The notes beneath the pieces are model-generated. The model worked only from the letters and a program-made list of their open reading frames with translations, was not told the DNA's origin and did no database searches. 64,000 bases of DNA from an uncultured Candidatus Saccharibacteria bacterium (GTDB lineage: Bacteria; Patescibacteriota; UBA1384; XYA2-FULL-43-10; 1-14-0-10-43-13), in the NCBI GenBank assembly GCA_964406145.1, contig CAYOQP010000004.1, positions 1,924 to 65,923 on the forward strand. Direction: 5' to 3'. Of this stretch, positions 61,158-64,000 are shown in pieces. A program made the translations under genes and the position numbers. The number at the start of each line of letters is the position of its first letter. Position 1 is the first letter of the stretch.

Positions 61158-64000
61158 CTACACCACAATACTGACAAGTTTTTTTGGAACAACAATAGTC
61201 TTTAGAATTTTCCGATCTTTTATTATGTCGGTGACTTTTTCGGACGAAAGGGCTATTTTTTTCATTTCTTCTTCTGATATTTGGGCATCGACAGAAATCT
61301 TATCTCTGACTTTGCCATTTATCTGGATGACTATCTCTATTTTTTCCGCAATCAGATACTTTTTATCTGGCCCTGGCCACACTGATTCACTAATATCTTT
61401 TTTGCTGTCCAGGCTATACCAAATTTCAGAAGCAATATGAGGTGCCGCAACAAACAACAAAGTTAGAAAAATTTTATAAGATTCTTCCGAAATCACCCCA
61501 GCTTTTTCAATAGCATTATTTAACTCCATAAGTTTAGAAACGACAGTGTTCATCCGAAAGTTCTCAAGATCTTCAGTTATGCCAACAATAGATTGATTTA
61601 TCTTCACAAGAAGATCTTTTGTATCTGGCTTATTATTTACTAGATCTTGGTTCTTCCAGACTCGTTTTAAAAACCGGTGAACTCCTTGAACGCCAGCAGT
61701 GCTCCATGCCGATTCTTGGTCATAGGGACCAATAAACATTATATAGCTTCTTAGTGTATCAGCGCCAAATTGACTAGCGATGTCGTCCGGATTGATAACA
61801 TTGCCAAATGATTTGCTCATTTTACGGCCATCGGGGCCGAGAATTATACCGTGAGCAATTCTTTTCGCATATGGTTCTGGTGTCGGAACGACTCCTAGAT
61901 CAAACAAAAATTTATGCCAAAAACGAGAATATAGTAAATGAAGGGTGGTGTGTTCCATGCCACCATTATAAAAATCAACCGGCATCCAATATTTTAGGGA
62001 ATTGTGAGAAGCAAACTCCTTGTCATTTTGCGAATCGCAGTAACGTAAAAAGTACCAGCTTGATCCGGCCCAGTTGGGCATCGTGTCCGTTTCGCGTCTT
62101 GCGTAGCCAGCACATTTAGGACAAGTTGTATTGACCCAATCTGTTATTTTGGCGAGAGGGGATTCACCAGTGTCTGTTGGCTCGTAATTCTCTACATTTG
62201 GCAAGGTAACTGGCAATTGATCTTCAGGAATGGGCACGACACCACATTGATCGCAATGGACGACAGGAATGGGCTCACCCCAATAGTGCTGTCGGGAAAA
62301 TATCCAGTCTCTGAGCTTATAATTAACACTGAAATCACCAGCCCGGATAGTTTTTAATTTCTCAGTTATTTTGTCCTTACCCTCCTTGGAGGTAAGTCCG
62401 TCAAATTCGCCGGAATTTGTCATTGTGCCGTAATCGGTAAAAGCGTAATTACCCGAAAAATACCATTCAAAGCCGATCTTATTGTCGGGAAATGTACATT
62501 TTTCTAGACACTCTTTTTCTGTCAGCCAGATTGCTTTATGCCTTTTGAGCTCCTCATCTGCAACATGTTCTGGTTTTTCGTCGAGAAGTTCGCAGTAGAT
62601 AAAATTGCCATATCTTAATCTCTTTACATTTTTATGTGGTGCAAAAAAGTGCGATTTGACAGTGACGCCGATTTTCTCGATTGCCTTCACTTTGTATCCA
62701 GTTTCCTCAAAGACCTCTCTTTCGGCCGTATCAAACATCTCTTCATTTTCTTCGATGCCCCCGATGACCGGCACCGTCCACTTAAATTCCGGCCAATCAA
62801 GCATCAAAAACTTTCCATCTGATTTGCGTTTTACTATTGCAACAATGGTGTGTCTTTCTTCTTCGCCTTCTTTTATCTCGCCAAATTCTGGAATAATCAC
62901 TTCCTTAATTGGAATTTCATGTTTCTTGGCAAATTCCCAGTCCCGACTATCATGAGCGGGTACAGCCATGATAGCACCAGTGCCGTAATTAGCAAGGACA
63001 TAGTCAGCAACATAGATATCAACGTTTTCATTATTGATCGGATTAACGGCGTAGACGCCATAGAGCTTGACCCCAGACTTATCCTTAGCAAGATCGGTTC
63101 GCTCTAGATCTGACTTATTCTTGGCTTTCTGAACATATTTGGCCACTTCGTCAAAATTTTGAATATGGTGGCCTAATTTTTCAACCAACGGATGTTCTGG
63201 TGCTAAGACTACATAAGTACAACCAAATAGAGTATCGGCACGGGTAGTAAATACTTCGATCTCTTCGTCTTTGACTGTGCCGCTGCGACTCTTAACTTGA
63301 AATCGAATGTTGGCGCCGACACTTTTGCCAATCCAATTAATCTGCTGAGTCTTTATCTTATCAAGATAATCAACTGTCTCGAGACCAGTAATTAATTTGT
63401 CAGCATATGAAGTGATGCGTAGCATCCACTGCTTTTGATTGCGTTTGCTTGCTTGTGTACCACAACGTTCACAATTGCCAGCCACGACTTCTTCGTTGGC
63501 GAGAATTGTCTTACATGAAGGGCACCAATTGACAGGCATCTCAGCCTGAAAAGCCAATCTAGGAGTGGTCTTGTCATCATCAGAAACTTCGACTAATTTA
63601 TCATCAACGATTGCGTGTTTGTAAAACTGCAAAAATATCCATTGAGTCCACTTGTAGTAATTTGGATCTGTAGTGTTAACTTCGCGGCTCCAATCGAAGC
63701 AATAGCCCAGAGACTGCATTTGCTTTTTGAATGTAGCAACATTGTCCTCTGTGGCTTTTTGCGGCTTAATCTTGTTTCTAATTGCATAATTTTCAGTTGG
63801 AAGACCAAAAGCATCCCAGCCCATGGGATACATAACATTGTATCCTTGAAGTCTTTTCATTCTACAATAGGCATCAGAGGCGCCATAGCCCATGCAGTGA
63901 CCCACATGAAGCCCCGCCCCCGAAGGATAGGGGAATTCGACTAAATGATAGTGCTTGGGCTTATCGGAGCTGTCTTTGGAAAATCCGTATTTTTGCTCAG
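61158..64000 (-). CDS. leuS: leucine--tRNA ligase, 5'-partial (N-terminus beyond window end), carrying an inserted Nudix hydrolase domain
   Basis: The frame stays open to the window edge (…FPYPSGAGLHVGHCMGYGASDAYCRMKR). Also seen: ZN-1 CPSCKT...CERCG, the editing domain, KMSKS (KMSKSFGNV) and the anticodon-binding and C-terminal domains. Residues ~338-497 (nt 62415-62894) form a Nudix fold with the box GGIEENEEMFDTAEREVFEETGY. Confidence 0.93.
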   Translation of the reverse strand, partial: EQKYGFSKDSSDKPKHYHLVEFPYPSGAGLHVGHCMGYGASDAYCRMKRLQGYNVMYPMGWDAFGLPTENYAIRNKIKPQKATEDNVATFKKQMQSLGYCFDWSREVNTTDPNYYKWTQWIFLQFYKHAIVDDKLVEVSDDDKTTPRLAFQAEMPVNWCPSCKTILANEEVVAGNCERCGTQASKRNQKQWMLRITSYADKLITGLETVDYLDKIKTQQINWIGKSVGANIRFQVKSRSGTVKDEEIEVFTTRADTLFGCTYVVLAPEHPLVEKLGHHIQNFDEVAKYVQKAKNKSDLERTDLAKDKSGVKLYGVYAVNPINNENVDIYVADYVLANYGTGAIMAVPAHDSRDWEFAKKHEIPIKEVIIPEFGEIKEGEEERHTIVAIVKRKSDGKFLMLDWPEFKWTVPVIGGIEENEEMFDTAEREVFEETGYKVKAIEKIGVTVKSHFFAPHKNVKRLRYGNFIYCELLDEKPEHVADEELKRHKAIWLTEKECLEKCTFPDNKIGFEWYFSGNYAFTDYGTMTNSGEFDGLTSKEGKDKITEKLKTIRAGDFSVNYKLRDWIFSRQHYWGEPIPVVHCDQCGVVPIPEDQLPVTLPNVENYEPTDTGESPLAKITDWVNTTCPKCAGYARRETDTMPNWAGSSWYFLRYCDSQNDKEFASHNSLKYWMPVDFYNGGMEHTTLHLLYSRFWHKFLFDLGVVPTPEPYAKRIAHGIILGPDGRKMSKSFGNVINPDDIASQFGADTLRSYIMFIGPYDQESAWSTAGVQGVHRFLKRVWKNQDLVNNKPDTKDLLVKINQSIVGITEDLENFRMNTVVSKLMELNNAIEKAGVISEESYKIFLTLLFVAAPHIASEIWYSLDSKKDISESVWPGPDKKYLIAEKIEIVIQINGKVRDKISVDAQISEEEMKKIALSSEKVTDIIKDRKILKTIVVPKKLVSIVV

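Overview
This is an AT-rich (~38% GC) bacterial chromosomal segment, dense with housekeeping genes, that reads like a reduced-genome Candidate Phyla Radiation / Patescibacteria (Saccharibacteria-like) organism. The genetic code is standard: adk ends in TGA, so TGA is a stop. In order, the window holds two small minus-strand ORFs and a type IV pilin. Next come typA and a DEAD-box helicase on the minus strand. An envelope-glycan cluster follows (BNR/Asp-box protein, YhhQ transporter, HAD hydrolase, WbaP-like sugar transferase, GT4, beta-helix membrane protein). Then come gyrB-gyrA-infB, an RRM RNA-binding protein, cdaA-cdaR (c-di-AMP), a LysM-CHAP wall hydrolase and obg. The core of the window is rpoB-rpoC, the str operon (rpsL-rpsG / fusA-tuf-rpsJ) and the S10-spc-alpha ribosomal super-operon. 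That super-operon carries no rpmD (L30) between rpsE and rplO, and it ends with rplM-rpsI fused on. After it lie rbfA, pheS-pheT, aspS (no GAD domain), a pseudouridine synthase and a PBP5-type DD-carboxypeptidase. The last genes are rnc-nusB-rpmF on the minus strand and a 5'-truncated leuS. I found no tRNA, rRNA, CRISPR array or transposase. Four observations stand out. (1) A complete Nudix hydrolase domain is inserted in-frame inside leuS. (2) A GC-rich (~55%) lipoprotein gene sits antisense inside the str operon between rpsG and fusA. (3) A ~330-bp GC-rich, heavily stem-looped non-coding island lies between rpsJ and rplC. (4) A third GC-rich islet near 59.0-59.4 kb encodes a membrane coiled-coil protein. 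These three GC-rich islets look like foreign cargo from a higher-GC donor.
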